A stretch of 40,117 bases of DNA from Anaerolineae bacterium (GTDB lineage Bacteria > Chloroflexota > Anaerolineae > E26-bin7). The stretch lies in assembly GCA_029933115.1 (NCBI GenBank), contig JAOZOT010000001.1, positions 1-40,117 on the forward strand, given 5' to 3'. A program made the position numbers and the translations under genes. Shown piece after piece: positions 16,956 to 26,003 of the stretch. Every line of letters begins with the position of its first letter. Within the stretch, counting starts at the first letter, position 1. The notes under the pieces were generated by a model. It saw nothing but the letters and a program-made list of their open reading frames with translations, was not told where the DNA came from and did not search any database.

Positions 16956-18659
16956 ATGACTATGAAAGTGTTGGGTATCCATATCGGTCACGACAGTTCA
17001 GCCTGCCTGGTGGTTGATGGACGGATTGTGGCCGATGTAGCGGAAGAGAGATTCACCCGCATCAAGCATTATGCCGGGTGGCCACTGAGAAGTATTGCTT
17101 ATTGTTTATCAGCGGGTGGGTTGGACATTGAGGATATAGACCTTGTGGCGGTGCCATCCAGTGGACCGTATCCTGAGCTGAATCATCTGCTTGGCCTGGA
17201 AGGAGATCGAGTTGAAAAATGGAGCACAGGACGTCGAGCACTCGAGTTTGCGCGACGATTGATGAAACGGGGTACCGCTAAGCCACCTCTGTATGTCAAG
17301 GCCTACCGGCTACCGGATCATGCAGAGATTAAACACGTAGACCATCATCTGGCCCATGCCGCATCCGCTTATTACACCAGCGGCTTTAGAGGGAAGCAGC
17401 TTATTGTCACCCTCGATGGTGCCGGCGATGGATTCTCTACATGTGTGTGGCGGGGCCAGGATGGGAAAATAGAGCCTCTGTACAGGTTGGGAACGGAGGC
17501 CTCGCTCGGTTGGTTCTATAGCAATGTTACCGAGGCATTGGGTTGGTGGCATGGTGATGGCGAGGGCAAGACCATGGGCCTGGCTCCTTATGGAGATCCC
17601 CAGAAAGTGGGGGCCGCACTGGACTTTTTCTATCCCAAGTTTTCTGGCGGCGAACTGGTGGAGCCTCATAATTTTGGTCGTCCATACTTTTGGAACGCCA
17701 ATGGCGCTTTCCAGTGGCACTTTGATGAGGCAGGGGAGATTCAACGTCTGGTTGAACGATATGGACGCGAGCACATCGCTGCCAGGGCTCAGGACGTGTT
17801 GGAGGAACAGGTCATGGAACTGGTGTTGCCCTGGTTGGGTCAAGAAGGGACCAATCACCTGTCGTGTGCAGGTGGGGTATTTCTGAACGTCAAACTGAAC
17901 CAGCGTCTGTGGGAGAGTGGCAAGCTGGAATATCAACATATCTATCCCAATGCGGGAGATGGAGGCCTGGCGGTCGGTGCTGCGCTCTATGCTTATTTTG
18001 AAGCCAACCCTGACGCGCCGATACCTGGTCTTGAGCATCTTTACTTGGGGCCGGAGTATTCCAACGAAGAGATCAAAGCCATACTTGATGCACGAAACTT
18101 GGCTTATCGCTTGGTGGATGACGTTGCTGGTGTGGGGGCGCAGTTGCTGGCCGCAGGCAAAATAGTGGCTTGGTTTCAGGGACGCATGGAAAGTGGTCCC
18201 CGTGCGTTGGGCAATCGCTCGATCCTGATGAGTGCCAATAAACCGGAGTATAAGGACATTATTAATGCTCGTGTCAAGTTTCGGGAGCCATTCCGGCCGT
18301 TCTGTCCCTCCCTGCTTACCGAGTACAGGGAGTCTTACCTCGTCAACAGTCGGGAGGAGCCTTTCATGATTACGTCTTTTGATGTGCAACCGGAAAAACG
18401 CGATAAAGTGCCGGCTGTGGTTCATGTGGATGGCACAGCTCGCCCACAGACGGTGCGGCGAGAGATAAACCCGTGCTACTGGAGCCTTATTCACCGTTTT
18501 GGCGAACTTACGGGGGAATATATGATCCTCAATACGTCATTCAACATTAAGGGAGAGCCTATCATTTGCCATCCGAGGGAAGCTATTCGCTGCTTTTATG
18601 ACTCGGGGATTGATGTCTTGATCCTGGGGGGGGTCATTCTGGAGAAGGGCAGGCTGTGA
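16956..18659 (+). CDS. Carbamoyltransferase (NodU/CmcH family)
   Basis: 'VLGIHIGHDSSACLVVDGRIVADVAEERFTRIKH', 'HHLAHAASAYYTSGF' and 'LNTSFNIKGEPI'. The start could be 16956 or 16962. Confidence 0.9.
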   Translation: MTMKVLGIHIGHDSSACLVVDGRIVADVAEERFTRIKHYAGWPLRSIAYCLSAGGLDIEDIDLVAVPSSGPYPELNHLLGLEGDRVEKWSTGRRALEFARRLMKRGTAKPPLYVKAYRLPDHAEIKHVDHHLAHAASAYYTSGFRGKQLIVTLDGAGDGFSTCVWRGQDGKIEPLYRLGTEASLGWFYSNVTEALGWWHGDGEGKTMGLAPYGDPQKVGAALDFFYPKFSGGELVEPHNFGRPYFWNANGAFQWHFDEAGEIQRLVERYGREHIAARAQDVLEEQVMELVLPWLGQEGTNHLSCAGGVFLNVKLNQRLWESGKLEYQHIYPNAGDGGLAVGAALYAYFEANPDAPIPGLEHLYLGPEYSNEEIKAILDARNLAYRLVDDVAGVGAQLLAAGKIVAWFQGRMESGPRALGNRSILMSANKPEYKDIINARVKFREPFRPFCPSLLTEYRESYLVNSREEPFMITSFDVQPEKRDKVPAVVHVDGTARPQTVRREINPCYWSLIHRFGELTGEYMILNTSFNIKGEPIICHPREAIRCFYDSGIDVLILGGVILEKGRL

Positions 18660-18677
18660 CCTGCCCATGCTGTCTGG

Positions 18678-19904
18678 ATGCACAAGATTCTCTACTTTCA
18701 TCACGCCGATAAGCTAGGTGGGGCACCACTGAGCCTTCTAGATCTCGTTGAGCGGCTTGACCGTTCTCGTTTCCAACCTGTTGTGTGCTGTCTGAAAGAT
18801 GGTGAGGTGGTGTCGTATTACCGTCAGCGAGGCGTAGAGACCCATGTCGTTACAGGTATCACAACGTTTGGACATACGACTGGGGGATGGTATCCACTAT
18901 ATAATCCTGTGAGTGTCTGGCGGTTTGGTAAGTCTCTAGTCCGGTTTCCGCTTGCAGTGTGGCGCACGTACAAATTGATACAAGCACAGAAACCGGCATT
19001 GGTTCATCTCAACTCACTAACGCTGGTGCCTTCGGCCATCGGCGCCAAACTCGCTGGTGTTCCCTTAATCTGGCATGTGCGGGAGACAGTTCACCAGGGG
19101 CACTGGGGCGTGCGTAAGCGGATGATTCGTTGGCTGGTACGGAATCTGCCCGACGAAGTAATATATATCAGCCGGGACAACCAGCGCCGCCTGGCCGATG
19201 ACCGCCATCGGGGCTGGGTCATCTACAACTTTGTAGATTTTGCCCGCTTCGACCGTCACCTGGACGGCATGGTTGCGCGAGAGCGGCTGGATATTCCCGC
19301 CACGGCCCGTGTTGCCCTCTTCTTGGGTGGGATCAGCTTGATCAAAGGGGCTTTGCCGCTCTCGCGGGCGTTGCCTCTGATTAGACAGCGTGTGCCAGAG
19401 TTCATCTGCCTGGTAGCTGGCCGAACTCAAGTGAGGCAACCCCGCTCTTTAGGGGAGTTATGGCGCCGATGGCGGTCACTGGTAGGGTGGCCAACGGACG
19501 TCCAGAAAGTGCAAGACCTATTCTCTGCCCAAGCGGCGGAAGGGTGGGTGCGCTTGCTCGGTTTTCGTACCGATGTGGAGCAACTTATCGCTGCTTCGGA
19601 TGTGGTTCTCTTTCCGGCAGTGGTGCCACACTTTGCTCGGCCAGTGATCGAAGCCGAAGTCATGGCTAAACCGGTGGTGGCTTCCCGACTGCCTTCCATA
19701 GAGGAGGTGGTGCGAGATGGGCAGACGGGCTTGCTAGTGCCGCCCAATGACCCGGAAGCATTGGCCGCTGCTGTTGTTGCTATCCTCACAGATGAGAGCC
19801 TGGCTACACGCCTGGGTGAAGGGGGATATCAGCAACGCCGTCAGTTTGACGCCCGTAGCAATATGGCCCAGGTAGTTAAGGTTTACGAACGGTTGTTGAG
19901 TTAG
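18678..19904 (+). CDS. Glycosyltransferase, GT4 / group 1
   Basis: 'KILYFHHADKLGGAPLSLLDLV' and 'VLFPAVVPHFARPVIEAEVMAKPVVASRLPSIEEVVRDGQTGLLV'. Confidence 0.8.
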   Translation: MHKILYFHHADKLGGAPLSLLDLVERLDRSRFQPVVCCLKDGEVVSYYRQRGVETHVVTGITTFGHTTGGWYPLYNPVSVWRFGKSLVRFPLAVWRTYKLIQAQKPALVHLNSLTLVPSAIGAKLAGVPLIWHVRETVHQGHWGVRKRMIRWLVRNLPDEVIYISRDNQRRLADDRHRGWVIYNFVDFARFDRHLDGMVARERLDIPATARVALFLGGISLIKGALPLSRALPLIRQRVPEFICLVAGRTQVRQPRSLGELWRRWRSLVGWPTDVQKVQDLFSAQAAEGWVRLLGFRTDVEQLIAASDVVLFPAVVPHFARPVIEAEVMAKPVVASRLPSIEEVVRDGQTGLLVPPNDPEALAAAVVAILTDESLATRLGEGGYQQRRQFDARSNMAQVVKVYERLLS

Positions 19905-19919
19905 AGAGGATTGCTGCAA

Positions 19920-20639
19920 ATGCAAGAGCCAAACCCTGAGAGCAAGACGATAGCAACTGCGTATGGAGAGAAGGCTTCGTATGAATATGATAAGAGAAGA
20001 TTCTCCACCCCTCATGGGAAGCTGTTCAACCAATTGGAGATGGAACAACTGAGTAGAGTGGCCCGGGACTTAGCCCATCCAAGCAGAATTCTCGAGGTAG
20101 GATGTGGTACTGGCAGATTCATGCGATCGTTATGTTCTAAAGGGCATAAAGTATATGGGCTAGAACCTTCCGTCTTTATGCTTGATAAGGCTCGAGAGAA
20201 AACTCTGCAATTTGAGTATGCCTATTATGTGTTAGGAGAAGGGAAAGCGCTACCTTTTCCTAATGATGCTTTTGATCTTGTATACTCAATTAGAGTAATC
20301 AACCAAGTGGCTTCCCTGGACTATGCATTTGAGATGATTAAGGAGATGGTCCGAGTATGCCGGTCACGGGGATGCATATTGTTGGAGTTCTGCAATAGTA
20401 GAGGAATACGTCGTCGTAAATACCGCGGCGTTCGTATGTCTGTGGGGGATTTGGAAGCCCTGCTGAACTGTGATCCGTCCGTTTGTATCGAGAGTGTAAC
20501 TGGTATTCTGTTTCTATCCCAAACTGTTATGAACATGGTGCCTGTTTATGGTCTCAGTCTGTTCGAAAGGGTGGATAGAAAGCTTGCTGGCTGTCTCCCT
20601 CAATTGTGCAGCAGATGCTACGCAGTTATCAGGAAATAA
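19920..20639 (+). CDS. Class I SAM-dependent methyltransferase
   Basis: 'ILEVGCGTGRFMRSL' and 'LPFPNDAFDLVYS'. I used ATG 19920; TTG 19911 is an alternative. Confidence 0.85.
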   Translation: MQEPNPESKTIATAYGEKASYEYDKRRFSTPHGKLFNQLEMEQLSRVARDLAHPSRILEVGCGTGRFMRSLCSKGHKVYGLEPSVFMLDKAREKTLQFEYAYYVLGEGKALPFPNDAFDLVYSIRVINQVASLDYAFEMIKEMVRVCRSRGCILLEFCNSRGIRRRKYRGVRMSVGDLEALLNCDPSVCIESVTGILFLSQTVMNMVPVYGLSLFERVDRKLAGCLPQLCSRCYAVIRK

Positions 20640-20669
20640 TTACACGTGTGGAAAGGAGACTGATATCCT

Positions 20670-21821
20670 ATGAAAGTTGCTTTGTATGTAAGTGGGGCGC
20701 AATATCCACCTGAATATTACAGATCTGTCTCAGGACATGTCCAGGTAGCTCTTAAAACAGCAGAATGTCTAGCTGCGCGGGGGCATAGAGTGACATTGGT
20801 TACGACTCACGCTCCTCAGCACTATCGGATTCCTCCTATCGTGCCGCTCGATGGTGTCACGGTTGAAATCATAACTCAAGCCACCAGACCTTGGCCTAGT
20901 CATCACTCTGTTGATATAATTAAAGCCGTTCGGCAGTTTCGTGAGCTAAGGAGATTGCTGGATAGAAATAATTATGATGTTATCCATTTTGTTGGACATA
21001 GCAAAACAGCTTGGTTATTAGGGCTGATCAAGGCATCAGGCGTTCGGGCAAAAGCTATGGCAACGTTGATTAGCTATCAAAAAAATAAGAAAACAATATT
21101 CGATCTTATTGATAGCAGGTTTTTTGCCTACATTGATCAATTTGTCGCGTTAACCGCGTACACACGATCCATACTACTGGCGTCAGGTTTTGGGCCGGTG
21201 GCGGTTGCCCATCCCGGGGTTTTGAGACAACCACCTTGCACTCAGATTCGCCCATTGACGATCCGGCCGGAAGCTAAAGGGTTGGTTTTATTTTGGCGAA
21301 ATGCAAATATTCGAAATGGTGCAGATATCGCTGGGAAGATATTTACAAAGTTGGCCGTGGAATTTGAATGGTGTGATTTTGTTTTTGCCGTTCGCCCCCA
21401 TGATGAGCTTGAGCAGCAGCTTCAGGATTTAAGTAAACAGTATAAGAATATTCATCTGTTTATTTACCCATACCCTGATAACGTAACCATCTTCAACTTG
21501 ATATGCTCTGCTGTTTGCGTAGTTCTGCCTTTTCGCGAGTTATCAATGAATCCGCAGTTTTGTGTCTTAGAAACGCTTTTGACCGGCACCCCTTTGATAA
21601 CCACTTCCATTGAGTCAAATGGGGAGATCATAGAACATCTTAGAACAGGATATTTGGTCGAACCCTCAAGTGTCGAGCAGACGTACTCAGCTGTGAGGTA
21701 CTTTCTGGAGAATCAAGACCATGGACGTTCAATTGGTGAAAGGGCAAAGGCGAGGATTCTCGAGCAGTGGAACTGGCAAATATATAGCAAGGAGCTCCTT
21801 GACATCTATGAGCAGTTGTGA
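20670..21821 (+). CDS. Glycosyltransferase, GT-B fold (GT4-like, divergent)
   Basis: 'VVLPFRELSMNPQFCVLETLLTGTPLITTSIESNGEIIEHLRTGYLV'. RBS 'aaggag' is upstream. The gene is visibly AT-richer than its neighbours. Confidence 0.7.
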   Translation: MKVALYVSGAQYPPEYYRSVSGHVQVALKTAECLAARGHRVTLVTTHAPQHYRIPPIVPLDGVTVEIITQATRPWPSHHSVDIIKAVRQFRELRRLLDRNNYDVIHFVGHSKTAWLLGLIKASGVRAKAMATLISYQKNKKTIFDLIDSRFFAYIDQFVALTAYTRSILLASGFGPVAVAHPGVLRQPPCTQIRPLTIRPEAKGLVLFWRNANIRNGADIAGKIFTKLAVEFEWCDFVFAVRPHDELEQQLQDLSKQYKNIHLFIYPYPDNVTIFNLICSAVCVVLPFRELSMNPQFCVLETLLTGTPLITTSIESNGEIIEHLRTGYLVEPSSVEQTYSAVRYFLENQDHGRSIGERAKARILEQWNWQIYSKELLDIYEQL

Positions 21822-22632
21822 AACTAGTCTTGTATCCATTGTGATGCCCTCCTTGAACCAGGCACAGTTCATAGAGGATGCCATACGGTCAGTTCTGGGG
21901 CAGACCTATCCAAGCGTTGAACTCGTTATCGTTGACGGTGGTTCAACTGATGGGACACTCGAGATACTGAAGCGATATGGAGAGAGGGTCAGGTGGGTCT
22001 CGGAACCGGATGGAGGGCAGGGTGATGCGGTTAACAAGGGTATGGCTATGGCTCGTGGCGCTATCATCGGCTGGCTGAACTCGGATGATTTCTACTTTGA
22101 TCGGGATGTGTTCTCACATGTTGTCCAATTGTTTGAGGCGCATCCCGATGTGGACCTAGTCTACGGGGGCTTGGCCTACGTTGGGCTGCAGGGTGAGCTT
22201 CTCCACGTGCGGATACCCCCTGAGCATAATCCAAGTATGTTACAGCGCATAGCTTATATCGTTAATTCGAACACCTTCTTTCGATGCGTGGTCGCCGAGC
22301 GTCACAAGGTCAACCCAACCTTTCAATATATCTTGGATCACGAGTATTTTCTGCGGGTTACTCAAGAGCATCGAGCGCTGCGGACACGTAAAATCCTGGC
22401 TTGCTTTCGGGTTCAGCCTGAAGCAAAGACTCAGGTGATGTCATCTATCCTTAAAGATGAAGAACGCCATCGCAGGAACGCTGCTCATGGGATTGAGATC
22501 AATCTCAAATTCAGGCTGGTGACATATTGGTACCGGGTGATTTACAAGATGCAACTTTGGCAGGGGGAATGCCAACACTGGAGGTTATGGAGGCAGCCCA
22601 AGCCATACGAAGCGTTTCTCTCAAGCTCTTGA
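21808..22632 (+). CDS. Glycosyltransferase family 2
   Basis: 'VSIVMPSLNQAQFIEDAIRSVLGQTYPSVELVIVDGGSTDGT' and 'WLNSDD'. I placed the start at ATG 21808. Confidence 0.9.
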   Translation: MSSCETSLVSIVMPSLNQAQFIEDAIRSVLGQTYPSVELVIVDGGSTDGTLEILKRYGERVRWVSEPDGGQGDAVNKGMAMARGAIIGWLNSDDFYFDRDVFSHVVQLFEAHPDVDLVYGGLAYVGLQGELLHVRIPPEHNPSMLQRIAYIVNSNTFFRCVVAERHKVNPTFQYILDHEYFLRVTQEHRALRTRKILACFRVQPEAKTQVMSSILKDEERHRRNAAHGIEINLKFRLVTYWYRVIYKMQLWQGECQHWRLWRQPKPYEAFLSSS

Positions 22633-23318
22633 TATGTGAAACTTGGCAGGTATTGACTCTGATTGTTTTCAGCGGCATTGACAGTGCCGGCAAGTCTACT
22701 CAGATAGCTAACCTGACGCGGTATTTTCTGGAGAAAGGAGGGTGCCCGGTTATCCTCTGGAGTCGGGGGGGATACACCAGAGGCTTCGGCGCTTTAAAAG
22801 GGCTGCTTCGTCGCCTTTTTCCAGGGTTCATTCCACCTCCAGGGCGAAGCAGGCAGCGTGAGGCAGCCTTACGCCAGGCCCAAGTCCGCCGTCTGTGGCT
22901 GGTATTGGCGCTGCTGGACCTGCTCCGCGTCTACGGGCTAAACATCCGCTGGTGGCGCTTGCAAGGGCGCACCGTCATCTGTGACCGCTACCTGTGGGAC
23001 ACTCTGATTGACTTTCGCCTGAACTTTCCGGCCGAAAGCGTGGAAGACTGGTGGCTCTGGCGTTGGCTGGTGCGCCTGACTCCTCAGCCCGACGTGTCAT
23101 TTCTGTTGATGATCCCGGTGGAAGAATCTTTGCGCCGCTCACGGGGCAAAGACGAACCCTTCCCCGAATCGGAGGAAAAGCGGAGACAGCGGTACGCGCA
23201 ATATCAGCAACTGCAGCAGGAAGGGCGTTGGTCGGTCGTGATTGATGCCACCCAACCGGTGGACCAGGTCTGGGCGGACATCCAAGCTGCTCTGCAAATT
23301 CAGAAGCCCGATTTTTAA
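22629..23318 (+). CDS. Thymidylate-kinase-like P-loop kinase
   Basis: P-loop 'FSGIDSAGKSTQ' and 'CDRYLWD' (DRY-like). The start is uncertain: TTG 22629 (a TTGA overlap), TTG 22653 or ATG 22587. Confidence 0.6.
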   Translation: MICETWQVLTLIVFSGIDSAGKSTQIANLTRYFLEKGGCPVILWSRGGYTRGFGALKGLLRRLFPGFIPPPGRSRQREAALRQAQVRRLWLVLALLDLLRVYGLNIRWWRLQGRTVICDRYLWDTLIDFRLNFPAESVEDWWLWRWLVRLTPQPDVSFLLMIPVEESLRRSRGKDEPFPESEEKRRQRYAQYQQLQQEGRWSVVIDATQPVDQVWADIQAALQIQKPDF

Positions 23319-23527
23319 GGGCTCCACGGGTGGTATGAGGCTGGCTGCAGGCGCTTTTCGTGACTGCTACTCACCTTCTCCTGCTGGGCTATCGTCCAGC
23401 AGTTTCCTGACAGGCAGTTGGCACTCAATTTCGCACATCCAGAGGTGGATTGTCATCCGCCGCGAGCACGAGGTGAGTAGCGCTTTTCAGGGGGCAGGGC
23501 GGTGTCTTTCGTACGGAGCAGCACGGC

Positions 23528-24751
23528 ATGAAAATTGCCGAACTGATACAGCGGGAGCCTTTTGGCGAGATCCTTGAGCGCACGCTGACCCACTATCTAA
23601 GGGGGCGTTACCGGCTAGATGCGCGTCTGACCTGGTGTCAAGGGCGCTCGCCTGGCCGGGCCGGGGAACAACTGTGGCGCTGTCTGCCGCAACTGAACGT
23701 ACTCTTTGCGCCCGACGTCCGCGCCGAAACCTTTGAAGTGATCCGTCGGGAGTTCAGCTACACGCCGGTACGGTGGCGCCGATGGCCGCAAAAGCTGCTG
23801 GTGGACTGGCTGACCATCCCGACCGTGGCTCACCGTATGGCCCGTTTCACGCTGGCCGTCTCCCCGGCCCTGGAGGACACCGCCCATCTGTTGTGGCTGG
23901 GCGGCAACAACCGCCTGCGCCTGGTGGACGTGGCCCGCCGACGGATAGTGTTTGTGCTCAAGCGGGGGTTTGACCCACAGACAATGCGGCGCGAAATCGA
24001 GGTGCGGCGCGAAGCGCACAGCCTGCCCATTCCGCCGATTGACCAGGTGGCCGAGGACGGTACCTGGTTCGAGGGGCCGTTGATTGCGGGCCGTCCGTTA
24101 AATCGCCTGCGTGATCCAGACACCGTGCGCTGCCTCGCAGACGAGGCGTTGTGTCTGTTGTGGCGCTGGTCGGCCTACACGCGCCGGGAACAGCCGGCCG
24201 CCGACTATGTGGCGCACCTGGCAGACCGGGTGCGGCAGTGGGTCAACGGCGGCCCGGCGTGGGATCCACCGACCCGGCAGCAGGTGGAGAGCTGGCTGGG
24301 CTGTATCCAGGAGGTTGTGCAAAGACTCTCGCACAAGGCCGGGAGCACGCTGGACACAGCCATAGGGCACGGTGATCTGCAGCCCGGCAATATCCTCTAC
24401 GATGGGGGGCAAATCTGGCTCACCGACTGGGAGTACTCGGAGCGGCGACAGTGGGCGTATGACGCTTTGACGTTCTGGCTTGACTCCCGCTTTGCCCCTG
24501 GGCTGGCTGACAGGATGGCCAGGATGTTGGAGTGCCCTGCATGGGTGCAGAACCGGCCGGTCGTAGCCGGGTGGTTGAACTGGTCAAAATTGTCCATCGA
24601 ACGCCGCAAGCTGATGCTGGTCATCTTTTTGCTGGAAGAGTTGGCCTGGCGGGCCCGTGAAAACGCCAACCCGTATTTTCACCGATTGGATGCAGGCTGG
24701 CAGGCCTACGCCGGAGAGCTGGAGACTGCGCTGACCCGGATAACGAGATAA
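23528..24751 (+). CDS. Aminoglycoside/choline-kinase-like phosphotransferase (APH fold)
   Basis: 'IGHGDLQPGNILYDGGQIWLTDWEYS' gives an H-x-D-x4-N catalytic loop plus a D-x-E metal loop. Confidence 0.75.
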   Translation: MKIAELIQREPFGEILERTLTHYLRGRYRLDARLTWCQGRSPGRAGEQLWRCLPQLNVLFAPDVRAETFEVIRREFSYTPVRWRRWPQKLLVDWLTIPTVAHRMARFTLAVSPALEDTAHLLWLGGNNRLRLVDVARRRIVFVLKRGFDPQTMRREIEVRREAHSLPIPPIDQVAEDGTWFEGPLIAGRPLNRLRDPDTVRCLADEALCLLWRWSAYTRREQPAADYVAHLADRVRQWVNGGPAWDPPTRQQVESWLGCIQEVVQRLSHKAGSTLDTAIGHGDLQPGNILYDGGQIWLTDWEYSERRQWAYDALTFWLDSRFAPGLADRMARMLECPAWVQNRPVVAGWLNWSKLSIERRKLMLVIFLLEELAWRARENANPYFHRLDAGWQAYAGELETALTRITR

Positions 24752-24756
24752 AGAGT

Positions 24757-25902
24757 ATGCGCGTCTTGTTGAACGGCATCAACGCTCTCAGCGCCGGGGG
24801 GCGGGCCGTCGTCAGCAACGTGGTCACCTGCATGGCCGACCTCGCCCCGGACATCACCTTTGACCTGGTGCTCCCCGCCGGTCAAGGATACGAGCACTGG
24901 CGGTCGGCGGGGAACCTGAACGTGCACCTGGTGCGTTGCCCGGCCAATCGGGTGCTGGCACGGTTGGTGGACGTTTATGTGCGCGTTGCCCAATGGTGCC
25001 GTCAGTTTCGGTCGGACGTCTGCTTTACGCTGGGCGACGTTGGGCCGGTCAGGTTGGACATTCCTCACGTGGTGCTTTTGCAGCAGGCCATGATTGTGTA
25101 CCGTGATGGGACCTTTGAGCGGCTCTGGACGTCGAGCGAACGGTGGAAGTTCTGGTACACGCGCCGGCACTTTGGCCGCATGGCTCCCCACTGCGTGGCG
25201 ATCACCGTTCAAACGCCGGTCATGGCCGAGCGACTGTGTCGCATATACCGTGTACCGGAAGACAGAGTGTGGGTGATTTCCAGCGCGTTGCCGGCTCATT
25301 TGCCGGGGCATCAAGCCCCGGCCTCACCCAATGCCCAAATGATGGCTGTAGACAAACCGTGTCGTCTGCTTTTTCTGGCGGCCGGGTACGAGCATAAAAA
25401 CCACGTCATATTGCCTGCTCTGGTACAGGAACTGCGCCGTCGTGGGCTGGCGGACGTTGTGCAGGTCTTTGTGACGCTAGACCCGTCCGTCCGCCGCTAC
25501 GAACGCGACCTGCTCGCCCGCCTGAAACCATACACCGATTGTGTGACCAACCTGGGTCGCCTGTCCCCAGAACAAGTGCCGGGGGCGTACGCGGCCGCCG
25601 GCGCCCTCTTTATGCCCACTCTGGCGGAATCGTTCGGTCTGATCTACCTGGAGGCAATGGCTCACGGCTGTCCGATTTTGACCTCCGACCGGGATTTCGC
25701 CTGTTGGATGTGCGGCGACCTGGCGCTCTACTTTGAGCCGACAGACCCCGTATCCGTGGCCGACGCAGTGGGACAGTTCGTCCACGCGGGGGCGCCGCCG
25801 GAATATGGGGAGCGGGCTGCCCGACGCCTGGCCCAATTTCCGGCTTCCTGGGAGCCGGTGGCCCGGCGATATATCGAGATGCTGAGGCAATGTGCGGCGT
25901 GA
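24757..25902 (+). CDS. Glycosyltransferase, GT4 / group 1
   Basis: 'LFMPTLAESFGLIYLEAMAHGCPILTSDRDF'. Confidence 0.85.
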   Translation: MRVLLNGINALSAGGRAVVSNVVTCMADLAPDITFDLVLPAGQGYEHWRSAGNLNVHLVRCPANRVLARLVDVYVRVAQWCRQFRSDVCFTLGDVGPVRLDIPHVVLLQQAMIVYRDGTFERLWTSSERWKFWYTRRHFGRMAPHCVAITVQTPVMAERLCRIYRVPEDRVWVISSALPAHLPGHQAPASPNAQMMAVDKPCRLLFLAAGYEHKNHVILPALVQELRRRGLADVVQVFVTLDPSVRRYERDLLARLKPYTDCVTNLGRLSPEQVPGAYAAAGALFMPTLAESFGLIYLEAMAHGCPILTSDRDFACWMCGDLALYFEPTDPVSVADAVGQFVHAGAPPEYGERAARRLAQFPASWEPVARRYIEMLRQCAA

Positions 25903-26003
25903 TACGATCCCACATCATCTTCCTGAACATACCTCTGGCGCAAATCCTTGCCAGCTAGCCACAGTTAGTGAGATGCCATAAATCCAGCAGTGCAGAGGGG
26001 GAG

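Noticed and set aside
17310-18494. A 394-aa minus-strand ORF.
   Set aside because: It lies entirely antisense to the carbamoyltransferase gene, which carries strong NodU/CmcH motifs. I found no recognisable motif or RBS.
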